From a bacterium (GTDB lineage Bacteria; Pseudomonadota; Alphaproteobacteria; Caulobacterales; Caulobacteraceae), in contig CALRXX020000019.1 in NCBI GenBank assembly GCA_943372245.1, forward strand, positions 4,435-68,434: 64,000 nucleotides of DNA, in the 5' to 3' direction. Positions 9,866 to 19,692 of this stretch are shown here, in pieces (within the stretch, counting starts at the first letter, position 1; every line of letters begins with the position of its first letter). The notes under the pieces were generated by a model. That model saw only the letters and a program-made list of their open reading frames with translations, had not been told where the DNA came from and ran no database searches. A program made the translations under genes and the position numbers.

Positions 9866-10399
9866 ATGTGCGTGATCGAACCCTTTCCCGTCGTCGAGAC
9901 CCGGCGTCTGGCCCTGCGCTCGCCGGGTGCCCAGGATATCAGCCGGCTGGCGAGCCTCGCCAATGACCCGGCGATCGCCCGCATGACCCTGCGCATGCCG
10001 CATCCGTTCGGGATCACGGACGCCGAGGAATTCGTGCTGAAGGTGGCGGTGCAGGATCCGGCGCGGGCCCGGACCTTCCTGATCGAACATGAGGACCATG
10101 GGCCGGTCGGGGTCATCGGCCTGTTCGAGGACGGCGATCCCGCACCCGAGGTCGGCTACTGGATCGCGCGTCCGTTCTGGGGGCGGGGCTTTGCGACCGA
10201 GGCCTTGCAGGGGGCGACAGCCTGGGCGTCGAAGGCGTGGAGACGCCGCGCCCTGATGGCGGGGCATTTCAGCGACAATCCGGCGTCAGGCCGGGTGCTT
10301 GAGAAGGCCGGCTTCCTCTACACGGGCGAGGTCCGCAAGGGCTTCAGCCGGGCGCGGGGGACCGAGGCCGAGACCAGACGGATGGTGTGGCTGGCCTGA
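9866..10399 (+). CDS. RimJ/RimL-type GNAT acetyltransferase
   Basis: ETRRLALR, EVGYWI..WGRGFATEA, NPASGRVLEKAGF. Confidence 0.9.
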   Translation: MCVIEPFPVVETRRLALRSPGAQDISRLASLANDPAIARMTLRMPHPFGITDAEEFVLKVAVQDPARARTFLIEHEDHGPVGVIGLFEDGDPAPEVGYWIARPFWGRGFATEALQGATAWASKAWRRRALMAGHFSDNPASGRVLEKAGFLYTGEVRKGFSRARGTEAETRRMVWLA

Positions 10400-11137
10400 T
10401 CAGCCGATCAGTCCATGCGCCCAGCCGGCAAAGGCCAGCCAGCCCGGCGAGGTCCAGATCAGCGGAACCGCGAACATCACAGCGGCGATGACGGCGCTTC
10501 CGAAAAGGGTCGCGGGGTGGATGCGTTTCAGGGTGAACAGGTCCCAGGCAAACAGCGGTAGCAGGAACACCAGCGTCTGAATGGGTGAGAGCGCGACCGG
10601 CAGCCACGCCGGGTCCGGGATTCGCCCCAGCGCGGGTTGCAGCAGGTCGATCATGGCGATCAGCATGAGGCGCTTGTGGATGGCCGGGGTCCTGCGGAAT
10701 GCCAGTGCCGCAATGATCAGGCCGCCGAAAACCGGCACGTCCAGCAAGGGCACGGCCAGCCAGGTCAACCCCGGGATACCCGGCGGTCTTGAGAACGGCC
10801 GGTCAACGCCCTGGAGCGCGGTGAGGATCGCCAGGGGAATCATGATCGCGATCAGGACCATGCCGATCGTGCCGAGCCGTCTGTGCACGGCGACCCGGTT
10901 GGTCGCCACCAGACTGGCCTGAATGCCGAACAGTATCACCCATGCCGAAAACACCAGGCCATGCAGCATGACCACAGGGCTGATGGCTTCATAGGGATGG
11001 GGGGCCGGCAGGATGCCACGCAGATAGTAGCTGGGTGCAAAGCCGATGAAGATCACGACCAGGACGATCGCCGCCATGGAGGTGAAGAAGACCCTGTCGC
11101 GCACCGGGCGAACAGCGCCCGCTTCCGAAGATATCAT
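10400..11137 (-). CDS. Multi-pass membrane protein of unknown function
   Basis: About 7 TM segments, HRRLG and HKRLM motifs; start moved to ATG 11137. Confidence 0.7.
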   Translation of the reverse strand: MISSEAGAVRPVRDRVFFTSMAAIVLVVIFIGFAPSYYLRGILPAPHPYEAISPVVMLHGLVFSAWVILFGIQASLVATNRVAVHRRLGTIGMVLIAIMIPLAILTALQGVDRPFSRPPGIPGLTWLAVPLLDVPVFGGLIIAALAFRRTPAIHKRLMLIAMIDLLQPALGRIPDPAWLPVALSPIQTLVFLLPLFAWDLFTLKRIHPATLFGSAVIAAVMFAVPLIWTSPGWLAFAGWAHGLIG

Positions 11138-11237
11138 TTGATGTGGCCCCCGCTGACTGGCCAATCCAATCAGCGAGACGCGGTGATGTCCAGTGACAGG
11201 CCCTGGCAGGCTGGACGCGGGGAGGACCGGGGGCGTC

Positions 11238-11435
11238 CTAGCCGAACAGGGTCGGCCCGAAAATCGCGGCCAGGGCGATGGCACCGCCCGCCACCGCCAC
11301 GACGGCACCGGCGATGAAGGCCGCCCAGGTGCGGGCGGCACGCTGGCGCCGCAGGCCGCTGGTCTTGACCGATCGCAGCATGACGCCGGGCTTGGGTCCG
11401 AAGACTTCCGAGCCGGAAATATTGTGCTGGGACAT
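11238..11435 (-). CDS. Small C-terminally anchored membrane protein (65 aa)
   Basis: AGGGAG upstream of ATG; basic segment then one hydrophobic helix. Confidence 0.55.
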   Translation of the reverse strand: MSQHNISGSEVFGPKPGVMLRSVKTSGLRRQRAARTWAAFIAGAVVAVAGGAIALAAIFGPTLFG

Positions 11436-11599
11436 GTACGCGCTCCCTGTTCCACCGCCCCTTGCGGGTCAGGGCCACCGAAGCGGGTCGGACAAGGCCA
11501 AACAATGGCGAACGGCGGTTATCCACTGATCCGTGATCGGATGAGCGGCGTTAGATGTGCGCTAACGCTCGATGCGCGGCATCTCGCTGTTTGAGCGCG

Positions 11600-12262
11600 T
11601 CAGCCGCAATAGACCAGCCGGCCGCTGTAGGCGCGGTAGTAGCCGGTGCGGGGATCGTAGGAGCGGTAGGTGGCGCGGCACCAGTCGGACCGCGATCCGT
11701 AGCCGCTGTTGTATCCGCCGTCATAGCCGCCGCCGTAGCTGACTCCGCCGCCCGGATAGACGTGGTCGGGGCGGCCATAGGCACCGTGATACGTCGTCGA
11801 TCCCTGGGCGTGGCCATAGTTGTACGCCGAGCCGTAGCCCCGCCGGCTGCCGTAGCCGTAACGTCCGTGGCCGTAGCCGTAGCCGCCTGAACCGGCCAGT
11901 TCGCGATAGTTGCGCCGGGCCTGGGGGCTGGCCTGACGGCGCTGGTCGCGCCAGCGGGCGTCGCAGTCGGTGCGGTTGGCGTCCCAGAACTGGTCGCAGC
12001 GGAAGTCACCCGGCCGGTCGAGCTGGCTGCGCCAGTTGAAATTCGACGGCACGGCGTTGGAGCGGCGGGTGCCATAGCCGTCGTTGTACGACCGATCTCC
12101 GTAGCCGCTCTGGTAGGATCGTTCGCCATAACCGCTGTCATACGAGCGGTAGCTGTCGCTGCTCCGATAGCCGGCGTCATAGGTTCCGCTCCACGACTGG
12201 GCGGCGGCGGGAACGGCGGACAGGCTCAGGCCGGCGGCGGCGATCAGGGCGAGACGGAACAT
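11600..12262 (-). CDS. BA14K-family exported Gly/Tyr/Ser-rich protein
   Basis: Signal peptide; C-terminal WCRATYRSYDPRTGYYRAYSGRLVYC matches the BA14K pattern. Confidence 0.8.
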   Translation of the reverse strand: MFRLALIAAAGLSLSAVPAAAQSWSGTYDAGYRSSDSYRSYDSGYGERSYQSGYGDRSYNDGYGTRRSNAVPSNFNWRSQLDRPGDFRCDQFWDANRTDCDARWRDQRRQASPQARRNYRELAGSGGYGYGHGRYGYGSRRGYGSAYNYGHAQGSTTYHGAYGRPDHVYPGGGVSYGGGYDGGYNSGYGSRSDWCRATYRSYDPRTGYYRAYSGRLVYCG

Positions 12263-12327
12263 GGTTAACTCTCCGAAGCGGCCGGAAACGCGGCCCGAAA
12301 GACAACAGGCACTGGCAGGCGAAACGC

Positions 12328-12834
12328 TTACAGGGTGACGGACACACGTCCGCCGCGGGTTGCTATACGGCGCATCAGCACGATGCGGTCTCCACCGGCG
12401 CTGACCGGCGTGATGATGAACCAGGCACCGTCCGGGAGTCCCGAGAATTCGAACCGGCCGTTCTGGCAGGTGGTCGAGCGGACGAAGGAGCGGTAGTCGG
12501 CGCTGGGGTTCTCCACGGTTCGGGCGCGCACCACGGCTTCGGGAACGGCGGCCCGGTCGGTCGATCCGTACAGCGTCTGGAACCGGGCGCGCGTGTAGGG
12601 CGTGTAGGGTGTCAGGGCCACCGAACCGGTGCAGGCAAAGGGCTGGCCGTCGCGGCTGAAGGCGACGCGGCCGTCGACGGAGCCGCGCCCCGATCCCGCC
12701 GACCAGGCGAAGTCTTCCGCGCGGAAGGCTGAAGAAGCGGCCGCGCCGGTTGCGGAATCGCCCATGGGAACGGTCCCGCAGGCGGCGAGCGAGGCGGCGA
12801 CCGCAGCGACGGCGATCAGGTGGCGGGCAGACAT
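12328..12834 (-). CDS. Hypothetical lipoprotein
   Basis: Lipobox LAAC; G.FEFSGLPDG.W carboxypeptidase-regulatory-like motif. Confidence 0.7.
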   Translation of the reverse strand: MSARHLIAVAAVAASLAACGTVPMGDSATGAAASSAFRAEDFAWSAGSGRGSVDGRVAFSRDGQPFACTGSVALTPYTPYTRARFQTLYGSTDRAAVPEAVVRARTVENPSADYRSFVRSTTCQNGRFEFSGLPDGAWFIITPVSAGGDRIVLMRRIATRGGRVSVTL

Positions 12835-12975
12835 GCAGGCTCTCTCCGTCGAGGGTGCGGGTCGAACGTCCCGATCAGACGCTCAACGCCGGGATAAGGT
12901 CAAGGTTGCGGCGCATCGGGCCGTGGGCCAAAAGCGCGCATCAAGCTGGCGAAAGACCGGCTATAGGGAAGGTCC

Positions 12976-14178
12976 ATGACAGTCACGTTTGACGATATTC
13001 TGGCGGCCCGCGACCGCATCGCCGGCCAGGTCGACCGCACGCCGGTGCGCTATTCGCGTCGGCTGTCCCAGCTCACCGGGGCCGAGGTCTGGGTCAAGTT
13101 CGACAACCTGCATTTCACCGGCAGTTTCAAGGAGCGCGGTGCCCTGAACCGGCTGCTGCAACTGACGCCGGACGAGCGGAAACGCGGCGTGGTGGCCGCC
13201 AGCGCCGGCAATCATGCCCAGGCCCTCGCCTATCACGGCGCCCGGCTGGGCGTGCCCGTGACCATTGTGATGCCCGAGGGCACGCCCTTCGTGAAGGCCG
13301 ACGGCACCCGCGCCCACGGGGCGACCGTGGTCATCAAGGGGCTGGATTTCAGCGGCTCGACCGAAGAGGCCCACCGGCTACGCGACGAGAAGGGATTCGT
13401 CTTCGTCTCGGCCTTCGATGACGAGGGGATCGTCACCGGCCAGGGCGTCTGCGCCGTGGAGTTCCTGGAGGATGCGCCGGACCTGGACGCCCTGATCATC
13501 CCCATCGGCGGCGGCGGTCTGATTGCCGGCTGTTCGGTGGCGGCGAAGGCGATGAAGCCGGACATCCGGATCTTCGGCGTCGAGGCGGCCATGTATCCCT
13601 CGTTCAGCGCCAAACGCCGGGGCGAGACGCCGAAATGCGGCGGCCAGACCATCGCCGAAGGCATTGCGATCAAGGCCGTGGGCGACATCCCCTTCGCCAT
13701 TGCCGACCCGCTGATCGAGGATATCCTCGTCTGTCAGGAAGCCGATTTCGAGACCGCCGTCTCCTATTACGCCACGCTCGAGAAGACGGTGGCCGAGGGT
13801 GCCGGCGCGGGCGGTCTCGCCGCCCTGCTGGCGTATCCGGACAGGTTCAGGGGGATGAAGGTCGGACTGGTGCTGTGCGGCGGCAATATCGACGCCCGCA
13901 TGCTGGCCGTGGTGCTGAACCGCGAACTGGTGCGCGAGAAGAAGATGATCGTGTATCGCATCCTGGGCGACGACCGGCCCGGCATGCTGTCCAAGATGAG
14001 CGCCGTGATCGGCGGGCTGGGCGGCAATATCATCGACGTGGTGCACAACCGGCTGGCGCTGGACGTGCCGGCCAAGGGCGCGGAGTTCGACATCATGGTC
14101 GAGACCCGCGGCGAGGCGCACGCCAACGAAATCAGACTTGGACTGGAAGAGGCGGGATATGACTTACGGATGGGCTAA
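12976..14178 (+). CDS. ilvA: Threonine ammonia-lyase with C-terminal ACT domain
   Basis: TGSFKERGA PLP lysine, SAGNHAQ, PIGGGGL, DRPG ACT motif. Confidence 0.92.
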   Translation: MTVTFDDILAARDRIAGQVDRTPVRYSRRLSQLTGAEVWVKFDNLHFTGSFKERGALNRLLQLTPDERKRGVVAASAGNHAQALAYHGARLGVPVTIVMPEGTPFVKADGTRAHGATVVIKGLDFSGSTEEAHRLRDEKGFVFVSAFDDEGIVTGQGVCAVEFLEDAPDLDALIIPIGGGGLIAGCSVAAKAMKPDIRIFGVEAAMYPSFSAKRRGETPKCGGQTIAEGIAIKAVGDIPFAIADPLIEDILVCQEADFETAVSYYATLEKTVAEGAGAGGLAALLAYPDRFRGMKVGLVLCGGNIDARMLAVVLNRELVREKKMIVYRILGDDRPGMLSKMSAVIGGLGGNIIDVVHNRLALDVPAKGAEFDIMVETRGEAHANEIRLGLEEAGYDLRMG

Positions 14179-14701
14179 AGGCGCTACGACGCTGGCGATG
14201 GTCGTCGCCCTGGGTGCGCCGCTGGCTGCCTGCAATCGCGCGCCGGCGGCACCCGACGAGACGGCGGCGCAGAACCTGCGCGCTGCCGAATTCTTCCTGA
14301 CCTCCAACGCCCGCGCCGAGGGCGTGCGGACGCTACCGTCGGGTGTGCAGTACAAGGTGGTGCGCTCGGGCCCGCCGGGCGGTGAGCATCCCGACCGCAA
14401 CGATCTGGTCCGGGTCGACTATGAGGGCACCCTGACCGACGGGACGGTGTTCGACAGCTCCTATCAGGCCGGCCAGCCGGCGGTGTTCACCGTCAGCGAC
14501 GTGGTGCCGGGCTGGACCGAGATCCTGCAGCAGATGCGGGTCGGCGATGAATGGGTGGTCTATCTGCCGCCCGCGCTGGGCTATGGCGAACAGGGCCGGC
14601 CGGGCATCCCGCCGAACGCGGTGATGGTGTTCCGGCTGAAGCTGCTGGACATCGCGCGGGCCCCGGGCGGGGATCGCGGCGGGGCCGTGGCACAGGGCTA
14701 G
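14159..14701 (+). CDS. FKBP-type peptidyl-prolyl isomerase, lipoprotein
   Basis: LPSGVQY, YEGTL.DGTVFDSS, VVPGW, LGYG..G..GIPPN; lipobox LAAC; exact start uncertain. Confidence 0.9.
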   Translation: MTYGWAKGATTLAMVVALGAPLAACNRAPAAPDETAAQNLRAAEFFLTSNARAEGVRTLPSGVQYKVVRSGPPGGEHPDRNDLVRVDYEGTLTDGTVFDSSYQAGQPAVFTVSDVVPGWTEILQQMRVGDEWVVYLPPALGYGEQGRPGIPPNAVMVFRLKLLDIARAPGGDRGGAVAQG

Positions 14702-14707
14702 GGCAGA

Positions 14708-15745
14708 CTAAGCCCTCCTCAGCCGCTCCACCGCCCATTCCGCCGCGTCGCGCACCACGGCGTCCGGGTCGTCCAGCAGCCGTTCGGCGGACGGGATCAG
14801 CGCCGGGTCGCCGCTGTTGCCGATGGCGTAGAGGACGTTGCGCACGAACCGCTTGCGGCCGATCCGCTTGACCGGGCTCTTCGAGAAAAGGGCGCGGAAG
14901 GCGGCGTCGTCCAGGGCGGCGAGGTCGGCCAGCCGGGGCGACACCAGGGCCTCACGCGCCTGCACGCGTGCTTCCTGAGAGGCGGCGGCGAATTTGTTCC
15001 AGGGGCAGACGGCCAGGCAGTCGTCGCAGCCATAGATGCGGCTGCCCGTAGCCGTGCGGAACTCTTCAGGCCAGGGACCGGCGAACTCGATGGTCAGGTA
15101 GGACAGGCACCGACGCGCATCCAGTTGGAACGGGGCCGGGAAGGCGTTGGTCGGGCAGATGTCCAGGCAGGCGGTGCAGGTGCCGCAGTGCTCGCTCTCC
15201 GGCGCGTCCGGCTCGAACTCTGCGGCGGTCAGGATGACGCCGAGGAAAAGCCAGTTGCCGTGGTTGCGGCTGAGCAGATTGGTGTGCTTGCCCTGCCAGC
15301 CCAGGCCGGCGCGCTGGGCCAGCGGCTTTTCCATCAGGGGGGCGGTGTCGACGAAGACCTTGACGTCCTCGCCCGTGCGGGCAGCGATCTGGCCGGCCAG
15401 GGTCTTCAGCCGGCCCTTGATGACCTCGTGATAGTCGTCGCCGCGCGCATAGACGGAGATGTAGCCGGCCGAGCGGTCCTCCATTTCCGGAAGAGGATCG
15501 TGTTCGGGTCCGTAGTTGAGGCCCAGAACGACGGCGCTTCGGGCTCCCTCCCACATGGCCGTGGGATGGGCGCGGCGTGCCAACGTGGTCTCCATCCAGC
15601 CCATGTCGCCGTGCCGTCCGGCCTCGACGAAATGGGCCAGCCGTTCGCCGGCGCTCCACGGCTCGGACGCCGAGGCGAAGCGGCAGACGTCGAAGCCCAG
15701 GGCGGCGGCGCTCTGACGGATGATGTCGCGGGGGTCGGCCAGCAT
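14708..15745 (-). CDS. queG: Epoxyqueuosine reductase
   Basis: [42 protein letters not shown]. Confidence 0.95.
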   Translation of the reverse strand: MLADPRDIIRQSAAALGFDVCRFASASEPWSAGERLAHFVEAGRHGDMGWMETTLARRAHPTAMWEGARSAVVLGLNYGPEHDPLPEMEDRSAGYISVYARGDDYHEVIKGRLKTLAGQIAARTGEDVKVFVDTAPLMEKPLAQRAGLGWQGKHTNLLSRNHGNWLFLGVILTAAEFEPDAPESEHCGTCTACLDICPTNAFPAPFQLDARRCLSYLTIEFAGPWPEEFRTATGSRIYGCDDCLAVCPWNKFAAASQEARVQAREALVSPRLADLAALDDAAFRALFSKSPVKRIGRKRFVRNVLYAIGNSGDPALIPSAERLLDDPDAVVRDAAEWAVERLRRA

Positions 15746-15779
15746 GGCGTTCTCTCCCATACCGCCCTGTCCGGTGAAA

Positions 15780-16466
15780 TCAGAAATCCAGATCGGCGTA
15801 CCAGGCCGAGGCGGCGACGCCCGCAAAGCGGTCGGCCAGCAAGGGTCGAAAACACGGCCGCGATTTCAGCTTCATGTACCAGGTCTTCAGGCCCGGATAC
15901 GCCGCCCATGAGACCTCGCCGAAATAGTCCAGCACCGACAGATGGGCGGCGGCGACGATGTCGGCCTGACTGATGCGCCGGCCGGCCAGGGCGTCGCGCT
16001 CGGCCAGAAGTCCCTCCATCATCACCAGGTGTGATTTCAGCGCCTCGCGTCCGGCGCGCAGGGCGCGGGCCTCGGGCGGGCCGAGGCGAAGCAGGGGCTT
16101 TTCCATCCGCTCATGCAGCAGGACGGCGTTGACCTCGTCGGTGAAGCGCCGGTCGAACCATGCCAGAAGGCGACGCACCTCGGCCCGCTCGGCGGGGTCG
16201 GCGGGCAGCAGGAAGGGCTCCTTGGACCGCTCCTCCAGCCAGCCCAGGATGGCGGCGGGTTCGCACAGGGTCAGGACACGTCCACCGGCGTCGGTGACCT
16301 GGAGCACGGGCGGCATGCCCGACGGGTTGAGGGTCGCGACCGGGCAGCCGTCCTCCCAGGGGCGGACGGGGGTTTCGGAGAAGTCGATCCGCGCTTCGCC
16401 GAGCGCCAGTCGCACGGCGCGCGAGCCGGGATCGAAGGCGAAATGGTAGAGGACGCAGGCGGACAT
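15780..16466 (-). CDS. fzlA: GST-fold FtsZ-binding protein FzlA
   Basis: GST-like motifs ([20 protein letters not shown]), [10 protein letters not shown] and C-terminal YADLDF typical of FzlA. Confidence 0.8.
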   Translation of the reverse strand: MSACVLYHFAFDPGSRAVRLALGEARIDFSETPVRPWEDGCPVATLNPSGMPPVLQVTDAGGRVLTLCEPAAILGWLEERSKEPFLLPADPAERAEVRRLLAWFDRRFTDEVNAVLLHERMEKPLLRLGPPEARALRAGREALKSHLVMMEGLLAERDALAGRRISQADIVAAAHLSVLDYFGEVSWAAYPGLKTWYMKLKSRPCFRPLLADRFAGVAASAWYADLDF

Positions 16467-16489
16467 GGCCGTTGCATGCACCAGCGGGC

Positions 16490-16505
16490 GTTAATCCCGC
16501 GTTAG
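16490..16505 (-). promoter_or_regulatory. CtrA-like box upstream of fzlA
   Basis: Minus strand CTAA-N7-TTAAC, one mismatch to TTAA-N7-TTAA. Confidence 0.55.
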
Positions 16506-16536
16506 CTGTCTTCCCGCCGGCCTGCCGGGCTTCGCC

Positions 16537-17484
16537 CTAGTTGAGGTCGGGCTGTTCCGTTTCCCCGAACGCGCCGCCATGGGATTCGGCACGGCCGCGC
16601 GGGTCGGGGTGGATCAGGACGTCGGCGCGGGGGAAGGCGGCCAGCAGGCGGTTCTCGGCCTCGACGACAATGGCGTGGGCGGCGTCGAGCGTCAGGGCCG
16701 GGTCGAGGTCGATGTGCATCTGGATCATCATCGAGGTGCCGGCCATGCGGGTGCGCAACTGGTGCACGCCCGAGATGCGCGGATCAGCGAGGACGGCGGT
16801 GGTGATGGCGATGCGGTCGGCGTCGGGCACGGCCTTGTCGACCAGATGGTCGGCGGCGCTCTTCAGAACCCCCAGCGCGCCCCAGAACAGCCAGACCGCG
16901 ACGATCAGGCCGGCCGCGGCGTCCAGGCCGGGGGCGGCCAGGAAGGTCCCCGAAATCACCCCGATCAGGACAACGCCGTTGGCCGCCAGGTCGCCGGCGT
17001 AGTGGGCGCGGTCGGCCGCGACGGCGAGGGAACCGCTTCGGGCCATGGCGCGGCCCTGCATCCAGACCAGCCAGCCGGTCAGGGCGATCGAGATCAGGAT
17101 GACCAGAACGCCCCAGTAGCCCGAGGCGACCGGGCGGGGATCAAAGATGCGCTGTATGGCCTCCCAGCCGATAAACAGGGCCGAGGCGAAGACAAGACCG
17201 GCCTGGACCAGGGCCGCCAGGGCCTCGCCCTTGCCGTGACCGTAGCGGTGGTCCTCGTCGGCGGGGGTGGCGGCCCAGCGTACGGCGAAGAACACGCCCA
17301 GCGAGGCGACGAGATCGAGCACCGAATCCGCCAGCGACGCCAGTATCGACACCGAGCCGGAGGCACCGAGGGCGAAGGCCTTGAGCGCGATCAGCAGCAC
17401 CGCGACCCCGACCGACAGCCGGGTCACGGCGCGGGTCGCGGCATGGCCGTCGGCGTGGATATCGGTGGCGGCGGCGGACGTCAT
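16537..17484 (-). CDS. Cation diffusion facilitator (FieF/YiiP-like)
   Basis: SLADSVLD, PADEDHRYGHGKGE, ADRAHY..D, IHPDP. Confidence 0.9.
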   Translation of the reverse strand: MTSAAATDIHADGHAATRAVTRLSVGVAVLLIALKAFALGASGSVSILASLADSVLDLVASLGVFFAVRWAATPADEDHRYGHGKGEALAALVQAGLVFASALFIGWEAIQRIFDPRPVASGYWGVLVILISIALTGWLVWMQGRAMARSGSLAVAADRAHYAGDLAANGVVLIGVISGTFLAAPGLDAAAGLIVAVWLFWGALGVLKSAADHLVDKAVPDADRIAITTAVLADPRISGVHQLRTRMAGTSMMIQMHIDLDPALTLDAAHAIVVEAENRLLAAFPRADVLIHPDPRGRAESHGGAFGETEQPDLN

Positions 17485-17619
17485 CGACGCCTTGTCGCGG
17501 AAAGCCCGCTTCCTGCCAAGGCCAGTCCGAACCGTCTGTTAGCGGGATTGTCACGAAAGCGCCTCAAGGTGGGAGCCCGATAGGGACAGGAGCCTGCTGC
17601 TCCCTGCGGAGGTTGTGAC

Positions 17620-18804
17620 CTGGAACCTGCAGATCCGACCCTGGAAGCCGTCCGCTGGATCGGGCGTGGCGAGGCCCTGGCCCGACTGGGGGTCAAGACC
17701 CAGACCCTCTACGCCTATGTCAGCCGCGGCCGGATCGCCGCCCGCCCGGACCCGTCGGACCCGCGTCGTAGCCTCTATGCCGTGCAGGATATCGCCCGGC
17801 TGAGCGGCGAGACGGTGGATGACGAGGAACAGGCAGCGCAACGGCGTATCCCGCGCGCGGCCAGCCGGGGTGAGGCCGAGGTTTCGTCATCCCTGACGGT
17901 GATCGCGGGCGGCCGACTCTTCTATCGCGGTCTGGATGCCGCCCAGCTGGCCGAGACGGCGACGCTGGAAGATGTCGCGCGCCGCCTGTGGGACGCCCGG
18001 TCGGTCAATCCCTTCGCCGAGATCCGGCCGCGCGTCGGTGCCGTTCCCGGCGGCTCGATCCGGGCCCGGCTGTTCGCGGCCCTCGCCCGTCGGGCCGAGG
18101 AGGACGCCGATCCCAAGGCCCGCACGGTCGAGACCCTGCGTCTGGAGTGCGCGCGGGTGCTGGACGAGGCGGTGGACGCCGCCGCCGGGTCGGGGCCGCG
18201 CCTGTTCCTGCATCAACGGCTGGCGCGATCGTGGAAGACGCCCGACCGGGACGCCCACCTGATCCGCCGCGCGCTGGTGCTGTCGGCGGACAACGAGATG
18301 AATGCGGCGGTGCTGGCCACGCGGGCGGCGGCCGACGGTGGCGCAGCCCCGGCGGCGGCGGCCTTCGCCGGACTGCTGACCCTGACCGGGTCCGATGCGA
18401 TGGCCGAGATGACGCGGGCCTCGGACTGGGTCGTGGCGGTGCGCCGACAGGCCACGGACGCGGCGCGCAGGGCCCATACCGCCGGCGGACTGGCGGGCTT
18501 CGGCAGCACCGACTATCCGGCGGGCGATCCGCGCGCCGCCGCCCTGATGGGCGCCGCTGACCTGCCGGCGGACCTTGCCCGGGCGGTGCAGGAGGGTGAG
18601 GCCGCGACCGGCCGGCCGGCGAATTTCGGCCTGGCGCTGGCGGTGATCGCGCGGCGACTGGAACTGCCGCGCGACGCGGCGGGCGACCTGCTGCTGCTGG
18701 GCCGGCTGGCGGGCCTGCTGGGTCATGCACTGGATCAGTCGACGAATGGCTCGCCTATCCGGGCGCGCCTGCGCTATGTGGGTCCCGAACCGGGCGCGCA
18801 TTGA
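17620..18804 (+). CDS. HTH-fused citrate synthase-like protein, probably catalytically inactive
   Basis: Frame open from TAG 17581; encodes EALARLGVKTQTLYAYVSRG (HTH) upstream of the ORF-track start; citrate synthase-like LFYRG, DPRA, GRLAG..GHA; start inferred at CTG 17620. Confidence 0.8.
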   Translation: MEPADPTLEAVRWIGRGEALARLGVKTQTLYAYVSRGRIAARPDPSDPRRSLYAVQDIARLSGETVDDEEQAAQRRIPRAASRGEAEVSSSLTVIAGGRLFYRGLDAAQLAETATLEDVARRLWDARSVNPFAEIRPRVGAVPGGSIRARLFAALARRAEEDADPKARTVETLRLECARVLDEAVDAAAGSGPRLFLHQRLARSWKTPDRDAHLIRRALVLSADNEMNAAVLATRAAADGGAAPAAAAFAGLLTLTGSDAMAEMTRASDWVVAVRRQATDAARRAHTAGGLAGFGSTDYPAGDPRAAALMGAADLPADLARAVQEGEAATGRPANFGLALAVIARRLELPRDAAGDLLLLGRLAGLLGHALDQSTNGSPIRARLRYVGPEPGAH

Positions 18805-18830
18805 CGGCCCTTGGACTTTCGGGGGCATGC

Positions 18831-19688
18831 GTGACGAACTGGATTGCGGCGATCATTCTCGGCCTCGTCGAGGGCCTGACCGAGTTCATTCCGGTCTCCT
18901 CGACAGGCCATCTGCTGCTGGCCAAGGAAGCGCTGGGGCTGGGCAGCACGCCCTGGGACACCTTCATCGTCATGATCCAGCTGGGCGCGATCCTGGCGGT
19001 CGTGGCGGTCTATTTCGCCCGCCTGTGGAAGGTGTTGCTCGGCCTGCCGGGCAAGGATCCCGCGGCGCGGCGGTTCGCCATTTCCGTGCTGCTGGCCTTC
19101 CTCCCCTCGGCGGTGCTGGGGCTGCTGTTCCATGATTTCATCAAGGACGTGCTGTTCAACACGACCATCGTCTGCGTCATGCTGATCGTCGGCGGCGTCG
19201 CCCTGATCGTGCTGGAACGCTGGTCGGACGCCGGGACGATGGGCCTGCGGCGCGTGGTCAGGAACGGGGTCGAGACCCTCGAACAGCGCGAGATCGCCGA
19301 GGATGCGATGAAGCTGTCCTGGAAGACCGCGCTGGGCGTCGGCCTGTGGCAGTGCCTGTCGATCATTCCGGGCGTGTCCCGAAGCGGCGCGACGATCGTC
19401 GGCGGTCTGCTGCTGGGCGTCGACAAGAAGGCGGCGGCCGAGTTTTCGTTCTTCCTCGCCATTCCGACCATGGTCGGCGCCTTCGGCCTGGACTTCTGGG
19501 AAAGCCGTGACCTCATCACCAACGATGTCGCCGGCCTGATCGCGATCGGCTTCGTGGTGTCCTTCATCAGCGGACTGTTCGTGGTCCGCTTCCTGGTGGA
19601 TTTCGTCGGCCGCTACGGCTTCGCGCCCTTCTCGGCCTGGCGCATCCTGGTCGGCGTCGTCGGTCTGCTGGCGATCTGGCTGGCCTGA
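18831..19688 (+). CDS. uppP: Undecaprenyl-diphosphate phosphatase
   Basis: VEGLTEFIPVSSTGH, PGVSRSGATI, AAEFSFFLAIP. Confidence 0.95.
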   Translation: MTNWIAAIILGLVEGLTEFIPVSSTGHLLLAKEALGLGSTPWDTFIVMIQLGAILAVVAVYFARLWKVLLGLPGKDPAARRFAISVLLAFLPSAVLGLLFHDFIKDVLFNTTIVCVMLIVGGVALIVLERWSDAGTMGLRRVVRNGVETLEQREIAEDAMKLSWKTALGVGLWQCLSIIPGVSRSGATIVGGLLLGVDKKAAAEFSFFLAIPTMVGAFGLDFWESRDLITNDVAGLIAIGFVVSFISGLFVVRFLVDFVGRYGFAPFSAWRILVGVVGLLAIWLA

Positions 19689-19692
19689 GGCC

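Noticed and set aside
11519-11527. DnaA-box-like TTATCCACT
   Set aside because: Single site with one mismatch and no origin context
11600-12262. Tyr/Gly/Ser repeats as a RiPP precursor
   Set aside because: Explained by BA14K-family low-complexity sequence; no modifying enzymes nearby
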